Below, piece by piece: positions 12,390 through 26,783 of a DNA stretch of 64,000 nucleotides (within the stretch, counting starts at the first letter, position 1; each line of letters starts with the position of its first letter). The translations under genes were made by a program, and so were the position numbers. Where the stretch lies: assembly GCA_964016885.1 (NCBI GenBank), contig OZ024740.1, forward strand, positions 311,178,001-311,242,000, in the 5' to 3' direction. The stretch is from Eledone cirrhosa. Its lineage: Eukaryota. The notes under the pieces were generated by a model. That model had not been told where the DNA came from. It worked only from the letters and a program-made list of their open reading frames with translations, and did no database searches.

Positions 12390-12426
<37 letters not shown>

Positions 12427-12869
12427 AATAACAAGAAAAGAAGAAGAAGAAGAACACCAACAACAACAATAACAACAATAACAACAACAATGAGAAAGGA
12501 AGAAGAAGAAGAAAAAGAAAAAGAAGAAAAACAACAACAACAACAACAACAAACACAACAACAAAGGAGGAGAGGGGGAGGAGAAGGAGAAGGAAGTGGA
12601 GGGGGCAGAGGAGGAGGAGGAGGAGGAGGGGGTACCATTATTACCATTATTATTATTACGTCCCTTTACGATCTGAGTTCAAATCCCGCCGAGGTTAACT
12701 TTGCCTTTCATCCTTACGGGGGTCGATAAAATAAAGTACCAGTAATGTACTGGGTTAATTGCTGGTCTTGTGCCTAAAGTATAAACAATTATTATTATTA
12801 TTATTAAAGAAGAAGAAGAAGAAGAAGAAGAAGAAGAAGAAGAAGAAGAAGAAGAAGAAGAAGAAGAAG

Positions 12870-12930
<61 letters not shown>

Positions 12931-12962
12931 GCAACAACAACAGTAACAACAACGACAACAAG
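12388..12962. repeat. Compound (CAA)n/(GAA)n/(GGA)n trinucleotide tract interrupted by a SINE
   Basis: Directly visible. Confidence 0.9.
12655..12790 (+). mobile_element. tRNA-type SINE, 5'-truncated
   Basis: GAGTTCAAATCCCGCCGAGGTTAACTTTGCCTTTCATCCTTACGG..GTCGATAAAATAAAGTACCAG. Confidence 0.85.
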
Positions 12963-13529
12963 AGTGAGGTGAACAAAATAAAGAAGGAGTGAATGAATCA
13001 GAGAAACTAGTGCACCTGTGGTGATTTATTTAGTTCCTATTAACGAGTTAATTTCCTCCGAGCAAATCTAAATGTTGCTTCCTTCTAAATAATTTGTATT
13101 GCGCATATATATGTGTGGGTGTGTGCATTTGTGTGTATTATTTCCCTGGTTCTTTCACTACTTTTAGGCCGTGGGCTGTGGTCATATTGGTACACAATAA
13201 ATAACTCAGTTTGTGTTTAAGCGTCTAGGTGTGGGTGTGTTTTGTGTATTGGTGTGTCTATTTAAATACACATAAACACACACACGCTCACACACACACA
13301 TATATATATACATATATATATAAGTATGTATACGTACATACATATATGTATACAGACGTACAGTAGTATGTATATACATACATACATGCACACATGTATA
13401 TATATATCTACGTATGGGTTTACCGAACATTTATTATAATGCTCGGTTTGTTTGTAAAGAAACATTCTGAATTAAGCCGTACAGTGTTCGGCAACCATCG
13501 TTGCTCTTTTGTTCAACACTGACAAAGGA

Positions 13530-13572
13530 ACGATGAACTAGTTTCTAGCTTGTTAGCTGTCATCAGCACCGT
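13530..13572 (-). ncRNA. Minimal type I hammerhead ribozyme
   Basis: ACGGTG-CTGATGA-c-AGCT-aaca-AGCT-a-GAAACTAGT-T-CATCGT: stem I, core, stem II, palindromic stem III, GUU site. Confidence 0.8.
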
Positions 13573-14035
13573 ATACCTTCCTGTCAACCGATTGAACGTT
13601 TGAAAGTATATACTTTCCTTATGCATATTTCCTTATGCATATTAACGGTTGAGCAGCCTAATTTGCATATCGAGTGAGTTAGTCGGCCGGGCGTACCGAA
13701 AACGAATAAATGGGAAAAATGAAATTTCATTTCTCACTCTTCGTACGGCTGATACTTGAATATAAGTATGTATACGTACATACATATATGTATACAGATA
13801 TACAGTAGTATGTATATATATACATACATGCACACACATATATATGTACGTATGGGTTTACCGAATATTTATTATAATGTTCGGTTTGTTTGTAAACACA
13901 CAGCCCGAATTAAGCCGTATAGTGTTCGGCAACCATCGTTGCCCTTTTGTTCAACACTGACAAAGGAACGATGAACTAGTTTCTAGCTTGGTATCTAGAC
14001 GTTAGCAAACGTTCAATCGATTGACAGGAAGGTAT

Positions 14036-14078
14036 ACGGTGCTGATAACAGCTAACAAGCTAGAAACTAGTTCATCGT
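14036..14078 (+). ncRNA. Hammerhead copy with core mutation (CUGAUAA)
   Basis: Inverted copy of 13530..13572 with G8 changed to A; probably inactive. Confidence 0.6.
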
Positions 14079-14334
14079 TCCTTTGTCGGTGTTGAACAAA
14101 AGGGCAACGATGGCTGCCGAACACTGTACGGCTTAATTCGGGCTGTTTGTTTACAAACAAACCGAACATTATAATAAATTTTCGGTAAACCCATACGTAC
14201 ATATATATATATGTGTATATATGTATGTATATATATACTACTGTACGTCTGTACACATATATGTATGTACGTATACATACTTACATTTAAGTATCAGCCG
14301 TACTAAGAGTGAGAAATGAAATTTAATTTTTTCC

Positions 14335-14385
<51 letters not shown>

Positions 14386-14391
<6 letters not shown>

Positions 14392-14593
14392 ATAAACAAC
14401 ATAAGGCAATTATTCCATTTACCAGTGGTTTCTTAAAAGATTTTTTCATTCTGAGGATTGAAAGCAAAATCTTTTGCTTTTAAGAAACCACTGGTAAATG
14501 GAATAATTGCCTTATGTTGTTTATTACATAACTATTAAGCTCTGTTACCTACATAGAGCACTCTTTTTTCCTGGACTTTTCCGACGGAATAAC

Positions 14594-14597
<4 letters not shown>
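14386..14597 (+). mobile_element. Short fold-back element with HHR between (TA)n tracts (Penelope pseudo-LTR-like)
   Basis: ~14389..14439 is the reverse complement of ~14477..14528. Confidence 0.75.
14444..14503 (+). ncRNA. Type I hammerhead ribozyme
   Basis: TTTCATT-CTGAGGA-TTGAAAGCAAAA-tc-TTTTGCTTTTAA-GAAACC-act-GGT-A-AATGGAA; GUA site, predicted cut after 14496. Confidence 0.8.
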
Positions 14598-14677
<80 letters not shown>

Positions 14678-14678
14678 C

Positions 14679-14741
<63 letters not shown>

Positions 14742-14789
14742 GAGAGAGAGATGTATATATGTATATATATATGTGTATATATATATGTG

Positions 14790-14916
<127 letters not shown>

Positions 14917-14932
14917 TTATATATATATATAT

Positions 14933-15056
14933 ATAACAAAGGTGTGATAAGATTCCATAACGCACTAGATTACTCGATACTCGATACTCGATCCGTTCGG
15001 ATCTAGCTGTCGAATCGGCCGGAGCTTGTCCGTCGGGGCCCTGATTTTTTCCTATA
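14933..15056. mobile_element. Diverged member of the half-HHR fold-back family
   Basis: CCATAACGCAC..TACTCGATAC and GTCGAATCGGC..CCGTCGGGG..TTCCTATA resemble 16861..17056. Confidence 0.5.
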
Positions 15057-15304
15057 TATATATATATGTATGTGTATGTGTATCTGTCTCTGTGTGTGTG
15101 TTTGTATGTTTGTATGTATAACAGAATTATATTTTCTAGTGTTCTTTAGGTTTAGTTATGAAGGCGTTTCCTATTGTTGCTCTAAAAAGGAACTGTTTTT
15201 ACTTTTGTTGAACACTTTGATAAGTTGCTTTAACCGAAAAATATATTTTCCTTATCTTTATGTTAATTTTCGTTATATACATATATCTGTGTGTGTCTGT
15301 GTGC

Positions 15305-15403
<99 letters not shown>

Positions 15404-16215
15404 TGGAATGGTGGTTACGGGGTTCGATTTCCGACGGCACGTCGTATTTTTTAGCAATAAGCGTTATTTTACGTTACTCCAGTTCACTGAGCGGGAAAAA
15501 AATTAGTTGTATCAGTAATTCAAAAGTCTAGCCTAATCACACACTTCGTTACGTTGAATCTTCCTGAAACCGTCATAAAATTCGCAAGCAGGCTCTTGCA
15601 TTATTTGAACAACTGGAACACTCATCATCGTAACCAACCGAGGTCCAACAACGCACATATGTGTGTGTGTGTAATCTTTTGTTCGGGTGCTTTTAGAAGT
15701 ATTCCATAAAGACAATCTTTAAAAACTTTGCTGAGTATGTAAATGCGTATATCATATTAACTGTAACTCTTATTTTAATCCTTATCAGTAAAAGTCACTG
15801 TCCGTCTTGAATGTCTTGAGCATTGAAACTAGAGATTACAAACTAAATACTGTTAAAGTATCTGCTCAGTAGTTTCCGCTAAATCTATTACTCACACCTT
15901 CTTTTACAACTGTACATCGTTTTAATCCAAGATATATATGAAGCGGAATGCACTGAAATTGACAATTCGCTTTCTCACTGTGATTTACGTCTCTAATTCC
16001 TATAGCATTCGCAGCTTCTAACCTTTTAGTCTATATATTTACATTTTGACTTCTAAGTTCATGTGTGGAAGATTGCCATATATAAGTCTCCTTAATAACA
16101 TCTGGCTTTTGTCTCTTTTTGCAGTCTTTTTTCCTTTATCTCTAATTCTTTCTCGCTCTCGTTCTCTTACTATTTCTCTCATTCTTTCTCCCCCTCTCTC
16201 TCTCTTGTCATATTG

Positions 16216-16276
<61 letters not shown>

Positions 16277-16280
<4 letters not shown>

Positions 16281-16433
16281 AACCAGTAAGACCCCGACAG
16301 CTGAGCTCAAGCCGTTTCGACCTTGAGCTCAGCTGTCGGGGTCTTACTGGTTCCTATTACCCACTCTACTACCTCAAGTATTGGGTACTTTGGTGCGTTA
16401 TGGTCCACCTGGTTCCTTACCACATTTCCTTCG

Positions 16434-16436
<3 letters not shown>
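16277..16436 (+). mobile_element. Fold-back element in (TA)n, half-HHR family
   Basis: TAGGAACCAGTAAGACCCCGACAGCTGAGCTCAAG inverted against CTTGAGCTCAGCTGTCGGGGTCTTACTGGTTCCTA; shares its tail with 16861 and 28368. Confidence 0.75.
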
Positions 16437-16484
<48 letters not shown>

Positions 16485-16590
16485 GAGAGAGAGAGAGACA
16501 TATTTATAAATTATAAACACACACGTTTACACACAGAGAGACACACAGACACACACACATACGCACACAGACACATATATATATATCTAT

Positions 16591-16785
16591 CTAAGGCGGG
16601 TAAAATTCCCGAGATCCATGGACGAGTTCTCTCCAGCGGTCTCTGTCCCTCATTATCGCTGCCATATCCTGCATCTCCAACAGACCAGTGTCTGTCCTTA
16701 GGGCATCAACATATGTTAACCTTGGTCTTCCTCTTCTAGTGTGTCCATGTAGGGGCTCCCAAAGGAGCACTGAGTGCAATGTCAA
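16591..16785 (-). mobile_element. RTE-type LINE 3' fragment
   Basis: VLLWEPLHGHTRRGRPRLTYVDAL..MRDRDRWRELV, a typical RTE C-terminus. Confidence 0.8.
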
Positions 16786-16822
16786 CTCTCTATATATATT
16801 AATTATTTATATTTATTATTAT

Positions 16823-17201
<379 letters not shown>

Positions 17202-17246
17202 TTATATACACATATATATATATACATATATATATGTGTATATATA

Positions 17247-17298
<52 letters not shown>

Positions 17299-17299
17299 C

Positions 17300-17347
<48 letters not shown>

Positions 17348-17773
17348 GTATATATATATGTATATATATATGTACATACATGCATACATACATACATACA
17401 TACATACATACATACATACATACATACATACATACATACATACATACATACATACATACATACAGAGAGAGAAGTGAGAGAGAGAGACAGAGAGAGAGAT
17501 GTTCTAGATATCATTTCCTAATACAAATATGTATTAGCAGCGTATTATTTCTGCGCTGTTCGATATTCATAATATTAATGAGTGTCTTATATATTTGAAT
17601 CTTCTTAATATATGTATTCCTTTTTTTATTTTAAACTGTCTGAGAACGTTTTACTCTGTGAACCAACGAAAATAAATATCAATTTATCATATTGACACAA
17701 GGCGACACATATTTATTGTCAGAGCTTATAGTATTTGGCGTTGTGCAAATGCTTGTAATCATTATCATTGTTT

Positions 17774-17837
<64 letters not shown>

Positions 17838-18607
17838 TCTCTCTCTCACTCTCTCTCTCTCTCTCTCTCTTTCTTTTTCTCTCTCTTTCTCATCTCTCTC
17901 TTCCACTCTCTCTCTCTTTTTCTCTCCCTCTCTCTTTCTTTCTCTCTCGTTCTCTCCCTCTCTCCCTCTCTCCCTCTCTCCCTCTATCTATCTCTCTCTC
18001 TATCTCTATCTCTCCCTCTCCCTCTCCCTCTCCCTATCCCTCTCTCTCTCTCTCTCTCGGGTCTATAAAATAACTATTTCTATTTTTGTTAACTATGTGC
18101 CAGTTTTGTCATGAGGCAAACTGTATCATTTACACCCATTTCATAAAATGTTGCTCTATATTGTTGCTCATATTTGGGGAGGGCCATGTTTTTATAATAT
18201 TGCCAGAAATATATAGTAAAACACACTCACTGTTTGGCTTGGGTTGGTTTTCGCTTCAGCATATTTTATATTTCTATAATTAATTCAATGTTTATCATTG
18301 ATTGATCAACAGTTAGAATGTATAAATATAGTTGCTTTACCCAACTTTTAGAAATGAGGAGTACATTTAAATTATCTATAGTGTTTTATTCCAACTCTCT
18401 TCATTTCAGAGTTAAAATCCCATCACTTAAAACAGTATGTAGTCCTCAATATTGAGGGAGGCTCCTTTGTGATTATGATTAATGCATGTTATCAATTTGA
18501 TGCTATATAATTGTTCCTTCAGTTTAGAAATTGGCTGCCAATTAGCTTTAACGCAACTAATAGCTCTCAGTCACGATTTTAAATTTTGATTTCCCTTTAT
18601 ATTTGAA

Positions 18608-18715
<108 letters not shown>

Positions 18716-19699
18716 GCTATTGTAGCTGTCGTTGTTCCTAATTAAAAGTTAAGAGCACGAAATAGATTTCGTAATCATCTTGGTCAATTATTTTCCTTCG
18801 ACTAAAGAGACTTTAAGCAAGGAGCTAAATAATTGCTATTTAAATTAATTTACAGTCTTAGCTAATCAGTTTTATAACTTTTAAATTCTAAAGGTGACTC
18901 CTATTTGTGTGATATATTATTTTTTTACGATAAAGTAAATTACAATCAAAGACACTTCACATCATGCGAAAAAGTGAAATAATTTACTGTTTTTTCTTTT
19001 CTCTTTTTTGCTATCCCTGATCATACCCCAATTTCTTTTCTGATATGAATTATAGACGTTGAAATAAAAGCTAAATATATATATATACATGGGCGCATAC
19101 ACGACAATATGGTTTTAATAGTTGTTTCGCAACCAGGCGGATGTGCTCAACTCAACTGCGCAGCACCTTCAGAAAGTGATTTCTACTACAGCCTCAGATC
19201 GGCCATTGCCTTATTAGTTAAATTTGATAAATGGGAACTATGAAAGACATAATATAGTTCTGGTGCCTCCTCATGCGTGGGTTTCCTTTACTCAGCCAGG
19301 CTAAAATTGAATGTTTATTACAAGAGGTAAACGTTATCCAAATATTTATTATAATGCATTATGAATAAATTAATCTACATTGTTGTGGAAATTAGAAAGA
19401 GCAGTGTAAATGTGCTCTAGCTTGAACATACTATAAACACCTACAAACTAATATTCTCTTCTTTCTCTAATGAAGTTATAGCATGAAGTTATCCAATTTC
19501 CCTGTCTCTGAGAGACAAAATCTATAGTGCAGTTCATTCTTTTCCTTTTCACAGCTAATCTAAAATGAAATGCTTATTAAAATAGGTATACATTACATTC
19601 CAAATTATCAAAAGAAGGCTGTGTTATTCACTATGGATCAACTAAAAGGTCGATCAGTATATTTTATGTAGAACGTGTCCAATGAGCAGTTCTATCGTG

Positions 19700-19850
19700 A
19701 CTTCTTCTAGTTGACCAACAACACAGCTGGAAAACGGCTGAAGTTTGCCGGGCTCATAGAATTTCCTGATATCTAAGTAATCCTCTGGGAACCAACTTAT
19801 AAAAGGATTAACTGCAGCCGTCTTTCAAAAACTATGATCAAGTAATGGTG
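19700..19850 (+). mobile_element. Old RTE-type LINE fragment
   Basis: GKRLKFAGL..VILWEPTYKR motif with a stop codon. Confidence 0.5.
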
Positions 19851-20535
19851 GTGACCTCAGCCAGTCCACAGACAGTGGTGCCGCGACTGCTCATAAAGAA
19901 TTTAAAATACTGATGAAGCCTCTGTAATCAAGTCTAGCAAAAGTGCAAGTAGACGACAATGATGACGATGATGATGATAATGATGATGATGATGATGATG
20001 ATGACATAATTATTATGGAGATGGTTATTCTATTTAGATTTAAATAAACACATGACACTGCAAACTATATAATCATTGGATCTCTCAAACTTTAAACAGC
20101 TTCAGTCGGTTGCCAGATAATTCCATTACATTTCCAGTTATTCAAAAAAACACTCATGTCAGCTCTTATTAGGTTTTGAAATTGTATGACGAAATCCAAT
20201 ATATCTAATACGTATATATCCATACTCCAAGTAATTATCGGTGTTTTATAGAATTGAAGGAAGAAATATATTTCATTTACAAGTTGAACGTTGTTAAGTA
20301 GTAGACAGCTTTTGCTGAAGTCTAATCGGAGATTTTGATTTAGTTTCCCATTAATAACTATTTCATTTCATTTATTGCAGTACTATTTTTAAAATGGGAA
20401 TCAATCATGACCCTGGTATTAAATTTAAACCCGTTTCTTAACTTTTACTAGATGAGAAGTTAGAAAATCAAAAGTTACTATACTTACAGAAAGAAGTAAG
20501 ATTGTCGCTGCAATACAATGTATCCTTCATGGCCG

Positions 20536-20629
<94 letters not shown>

Positions 20630-21569
20630 CGTGTGTGTGTGTGTGTGCATAACATTTCTCGAAGATGTTTAAGAAATACACCGTTTGGAAAAGTTGCAAG
20701 GAATTTTCAAGATGATATCTCAGAACCAATGGAGGTGGTGTTCCCGCATGGCCACAGTGGCCTGGCTGGAAGCTGTTGCTGAGTAAAACGATTGTGATGC
20801 AACAATTATAGTCAGCATGTGAGATATACAAAACATGGTTTTAATTAACGTTGGAAATATAAAGAGAACATCCAGATATATATTGAAACCCAACAGTTAA
20901 CGCCAGCGGCGAAGAAATATATATTTTAACTCTGAAAATAAACTTGTGAAAGTAAAGTTTTCTTGTAGTATTTCGGGAACAATGATAACTTATAGCTAGC
21001 AATAATAAATATTGTTAGCTATAAGTTATGTAGCCATGGGAAAACAAATCATTTTAGGCTTCTGTATTGATACACGGAATACTTGTTTTCTTTTAATAAC
21101 AAATATATATTTTGTCCGTATCATACTAAATAACGATTTCTAGCATATGCAGAAATATAAACATTTTGAGGTAACTCATACTTATTGTACAGATCCCAGA
21201 CAGATGTACTATACTTTGTGCCTTTGGGAATTGAAACAAACAGTGTAAAAACCCGTAATTATATGCCGATAGGCATTTCGTTTAAAGCTCTACTCATCTA
21301 TAGCGGATGTTAAAAGAAAGTGTAACCTTTTCAGTTGTATTTATGGTGAGACTGGGGCCGACAAATGTCAGCAAATTATATCATCATTACACCCATGACA
21401 CAAGCCAGGACATTGTGGGAGAACGCATTCTGCTGTGCAAAACACCAGCCGCAAGCCGCCTTGCAATCCAAGCGGGCGGAAGAGAGAAAGTGTTAACCCG
21501 AAGGATATGTGTTTAAATAGCCAGTCCAACTCTTGCGGTTCACTCTTTCTGTCATCACTAAATAATTTT

Positions 21570-21668
21570 TTCTACTTTTGGCACAAAGCCAGCAATTTTC
21601 CCAGTGTATTACTGGTACTTTATTTTATCGACCCCGTAAGGATGAAAGGCAAAGTTAACCTCGGCGGG
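21570..21668 (-). mobile_element. tRNA-type SINE fragment
   Basis: CTGGTACTTTATTTTATCGACCCCGTAAGGATGAAAGGCAAAGTTAACCTCGGCGGG. Confidence 0.85.
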
Positions 21669-22271
21669 AATAATACCAATCCTGTAGGAATAACAATAGT
21701 TTAGGCAAATATATACATATATATTAAGTCTGAACATAATGGAATCAAACTCTCATTGCCACAGCCTCCGTCTCTCTCACTCTTCCCATCATTCACTATT
21801 TTAAGCAAATATGGGTCCACGTGTTTGCCGCCCCATGGCACAGCGTACAGAACAGAGAAGACATTTTCACGGAGGATGGTGTTATTATTTGAATGTTAAA
21901 TTCTCTATTTCATTTTTGCATGTTTTTATTTTGCAACAAAATCCAATTTTAAGCCGTCTGTATTGTAATGACGGTAGGGATTTTAGAGCTGAAGGCTAAA
22001 AGTGCAAGAGCATTAAAGTTATTCAATGCTTTTATAGATGACACAAAATGAATATATTTTACTATTCTTCGCTAAGATTGTTTTATACTATAAAAACGTT
22101 TTATACTACTTTGAAATCTTTTATATAAAAACAAATCCCTATAAAACTCCCTTACTGTCACTTTTAAATCTATTCCATTTCTATCAGATGGTTATCGATG
22201 GTTTATTTCAATTAATTTATATTGATTGTTATTTAAACACGCATACACACACGCACGCACACGCACACGCG

Positions 22272-22341
<70 letters not shown>

Positions 22342-24206
22342 TGCATACCTGCAATCTTCTCTTGCTGAAGTGTTTTCTCTGTCCTGTGGTGTTTATTTAC
22401 TGGTATGCTGAAGCAATGCCACATCGATACGTCTGTCAGTGTTTCTAGTGCACCTACATAATTAGTTAACATTTACAGAAATTAAATGTTTTTCAGTAGA
22501 TAATATTCACCAGTTAAAGCTCAACTCAAAGCAGAGAAGACTTATTTTTATACAAGCTGAGGAGGGAGCCCCGTGAGGTTGGGTAGTTATTGTAGTGAGT
22601 GTTACTGGCCATTGTCCGGGGAATGCTTTTGCTGTCTTGTCCGCGGGGCGCAACACTCCTGCCCTCTCGCCCTAGGCCCAAAGCCCAATCACCCTCACCC
22701 TCATCCCCTCTCTTCTGCGACACCAGAACTCCTGCCATCCTCTCCCTTTCCCGTTCTTTTTCTTCTTTCTTTCTCTCTTTTTTTTCTATATTTCCCTATT
22801 CTTTCTTTCCTTCTGTTTACCCTTTTTTATTTTATTATTGATTATATCCAAAGTCACTTTTATTAAAATAAAGGGAGTGTGTTATATATTAACATTTATT
22901 GCAATATAACTTAAAATATAGAACTTCGAACAATTATGTTTACTATTCGCCAAATAAGGAATTTTATTTTTTTCTATTCTGTTAAGTGTTCATTTCTGGG
23001 GTAATATGTTTTTGGAAATCCTGCTCGTGTACCGAGGCTTCCTATATTGTCACTACCACTGAGTGGTGTCGGTGACCAAGACAAGATGCGCTCACAATGG
23101 TTAAACAGATCTATCTATATGAAGATATCGAGAAACTGAGACACCTTCTTATCATAAGTAATGGCAGCATGTGCAATTGATGAATGTTTCATTGGCTAGT
23201 TGTGCTATAGACTGGCGTCCTATTTAAGAAAGATTTATCTCATATTGACTTAAAGCATGTAAAACATGTGATAAGCAGCAGTATTTATATTCTTGTAATT
23301 CGCAAAAATATAAGCAAATAGATTAGCCATCTCAACATGCTCGTTACAAATGATGCATTATTTTGGCTTAAATTGAATATCATACCGTATTAGTTCTAAA
23401 TCGCCAATAATGATATAATGACTAAAAGTGAAAACACTGATAGAATACTATATCATGAGATATAATAGCACTAGCCCTGTCTCGGTAATTGCATTTATTG
23501 AAGTAACTCAAACACAACTATAAACTGAAATTAATCTTTTGAATTATATAAAGCAAATCTTGTGTAATTCAAACCCTCACAAATTATTCTTAATCCGCTC
23601 TTTCTCTTTATATCGTAATTGGGTATATACCCTCCATAGCTCCAGATTAAAACTCAATAGTATGAAATTCGAGAAAATGATGGCAATCATTGTGCTTAAG
23701 AAAGTCTTTGAATAGCTGAAGTACATGAAATGCAAGTATATATTCGGAGAATAATGAACAATGTTTGGTTTAGATTCTAGGCCGAAGGCCAAAAATGTGA
23801 AACAGAAAGACAATGATATGCACCGGGGATGGAGTTAAGTATAAAGTGAGTCTCGCCACTGCAACAAGATTGATTGATAAGTGAGAAACATTTATTATAT
23901 TTCTCATAAAGGTAACAATAAGTATTTGTAATTAATATTTATTTTTACTTTTGGCATGAAGGTGTAGTATTCTTGTTTTTCTACTATTCTAAGTCATTAT
24001 TTGCCATGTTTCCTAAGATACATCACTATGTATTATCTTCACGTATAAAAGAGAAATCAAAATGTAATGACATCACATGTCGATAGGCCATAGAATTCAG
24101 ATTTGCCGAAAATCTATTGTATTGAGAGTTAACTTTGATGCCATTAACTTAATCAAATTAATGTGCTCTATTCTAGACATGATGTAATAATAACTGCACA
24201 TTATAT

Positions 24207-24495
24207 AGTGACTAGTGGTTAGAACTTTGGGTTACAATCGTGAGGTTGTGAGTTTGATTCATAGTTGGTGCATTGTGTTCTTGAGCAGGACACTTTATTT
24301 TTCATGTTTGCTCCACTTTACTCGCCATTCCCTTGGATAACATCGGTGGCGTGGAGAGGGGAAGCCAGTGTGCATGGGTGATTGCTGGTCTTCCACAAAC
24401 AACCTTGCTCGGACTTGTACCTCGGGTGGCGTGGGGATCTTTCTTGGTGCAAATCCTATGGTCATTCGTGACCGAAGGGGTCTTTAACTCTTTGC
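24207..24495 (+). mobile_element. Second tRNA-derived SINE family
   Basis: A-box-like GTGACTAGTGGTTAG, B-box-like GAGTTTGATTC, CORE-like GTGTTCTTGAGCAGGACACTT, 3' stem-loop GGTCAttcgTGACC. Confidence 0.7.
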
Positions 24496-24789
24496 CCTTT
24501 ATATAGTCTATTTTCGTTGGAAACTATAGTTTAAGTAACTCAGCTAAGAAGAATTCAACAGTCTGGTGTAAGTCTGTGAGAACCTTTCTTAATTTGACGA
24601 ATTTTGCATATAGAATGTGATTTGTACAACAAATTGAATTAGGGTGTGTAAATGTTATGGCAGCTTTGAATGTAGAAAGTGTTTAAAAAGTTATTATCAA
24701 GCTGCTGGCATAGATTTCTTTGTACCCAGACGTTAACTGACAGGACTTGCTGGAACTCTGTGCACTAATCTACGATGTTTCTCCGTATA

Positions 24790-25300
24790 AAAATTTAGAT
24801 CCTGCCGATGATATTGCACTGCTGTCAGAAACAAGAGTTGGGCTACCAATCAAAACGAACAAGCAGGAAACATCAGACTTAGAATTAGCAGTAAAAAAGA
24901 CAAGGTGATGCAGATAAATACCACAACTCAATCTCTACCCATCTTTATTAGACAGCTGGTTGTGAAAGACGTGGATGATTTCTGTGACTTTGGTAGTATC
25001 ATCAGTTGTAATGGAGACGTCGAAAGTGATGTGAATAGTAAAGCAGGAGCCATATTCCAGCGTCTGCGCCAAATCTGAAAAACATCAAACATTAGTACAA
25101 AAATGAAAACTAAACTTTATAGTGCGATAGTTTTGCCAATAGTTCTGTGAAACTGTGAAACATGGAACGTGACAGCAAAGGTAGCTAAGGAGCTGGACAT
25201 TTTCTACAAAAGTCGCCAACGAAAAATCCTTCAAGTCACTCAGGAAAACAAATTCACCAATAAAGAAATTCATAGGAAAACCAAGTCCCAGACGCTGCAA
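24790..25300 (+). mobile_element. Decayed RTE reverse transcriptase fragment
   Basis: ADDIALLS, KTKVMQIN, DVDDFCD/GSIIS, TKLYSAIVLPIVL*NCETW with frameshifts. Confidence 0.85.
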
Positions 25301-25789
25301 AACACCATGAGGCTGTGTCAGTTTTTCTAGGTGGGTCCCGTTTTGCGCCTGCCGGCCATGCAACATGCAGGGACGGCTGTGTCATGGAAACAGGATAAAG
25401 TAAGCGGAGTTGGCTGGCCCAAGAACATTTTAAGACGCCAGAAGACCTAAAACTAAGACTAAAATATTTAAGTAACCAAACAATCTTTCTATAAGCATTA
25501 CTTCTGTTAAAGCCCAATGTTATGTACACCCATAATAATCCATCAAGTATATACTACAAAAGTTAAACATTAATAAACGCATATAAACATTTTATAATGT
25601 ATAGTATATAGTGACATTTTTTTTTTTTTTTAATACTGACGAATTTTATTATCGATAAAAACAAAACAAATTTCTTTACCGGGCTATTAAAAAGATTATT
25701 GGGCCTGTTTCACACCATTCATTCGGGTAGTTGGCACTTAGAATGTGAAATTTAATTATTGGAAGTTCTGGCATTAATTAGTTAATTAA

Positions 25790-26182
25790 TGGGTCGGACA
25801 CCATGATTTGACGTATAGAGTTACGGCCCTTGCCATTCTGAGTTCAAATCCCGCCGAGGTTAACTTTGCCTTTCATCCTTACGGGGTCGATAAAATAAAG
25901 TACCAGTAATACACTGGGGTAATTGCTGGCCTTATGTCAAAAGTAGAAACAATTAATGAGTTAATTTCACTGATCTTTACAACAAAACTTCACTACATAT
26001 ATTACAAATATTTTAGTAGAGGGTCGGACGCCATGCTTTCCAGCATAGTTACGTCCCTTTACGATCTGAGTTCAAATCCCGCCGAGGTTGACTTTGCCTT
26101 TCATCCTTACGGAGTCGATAAAATAAAGTACCAGTAATGAACTGGGTTATTGCTGGCCTTGTGCCTAAAAGTAGAAACAAAT
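25790..26182 (+). mobile_element. Two tRNA-type SINE copies (~25790..25955 and ~26015..26182)
   Basis: Family consensus present twice. Confidence 0.88.
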
Positions 26183-26715
26183 AATATTTGGTTTATCAAA
26201 ATAATTTCAGGTATTATTTATGTAGTATTTCATCTGGTAAAATTGCAAAATATTTTGCTATTTCTTGCTACTCACAGGTGCGGGTTTTATCTTTCACCAT
26301 AAATATTTCATTGTTGGCAAGAGGCTAATTAAATTTGCTATGGTGCTTTTTTAAATGTACTAAATTGCCACTATTTTAAGAGGGTGTAAGATGTTTATTC
26401 AATAAAGTATTCTGGCACAGCTTCCAAAAGAATGTTCCTATGTGTATTTTGGGAGTGAAAATGCGTAAGACAGAAACATGAAATAATGGTGTTATGCAAT
26501 TGATTTAAATAACTTTTTATATACTTAAGAAACAATATTTTCTTTGTAGCGAAATTTGTCGTTTACTCTTGTTACAGTTTTTAATATTTGCATTATTTAG
26601 GTATATACTCGGCGGCGAGTTAGTAGATGAAGCCTTAGTATGTTGAAGAAATTCACTATAAGACTTGAAGCGGAGTGGGTTCGATCAAATTTTTTTTTAT
26701 TTTCCCACGGCACAC

Positions 26716-26783
<68 letters not shown>

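Larger units (their letters stand above)
13320..14338 (-). mobile_element. ~440-bp HHR-containing repeat (candidate retrozyme), locus A: about 1.5 tandem units plus an inverted segment from ~14007
   Basis: Unit repeats at 438 bp spacing (13531 vs 13969); inverted part ends CCATT-(TA)n; homologous to loci at 48.6, 49.8 and 56.3 kb. Confidence 0.85.
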
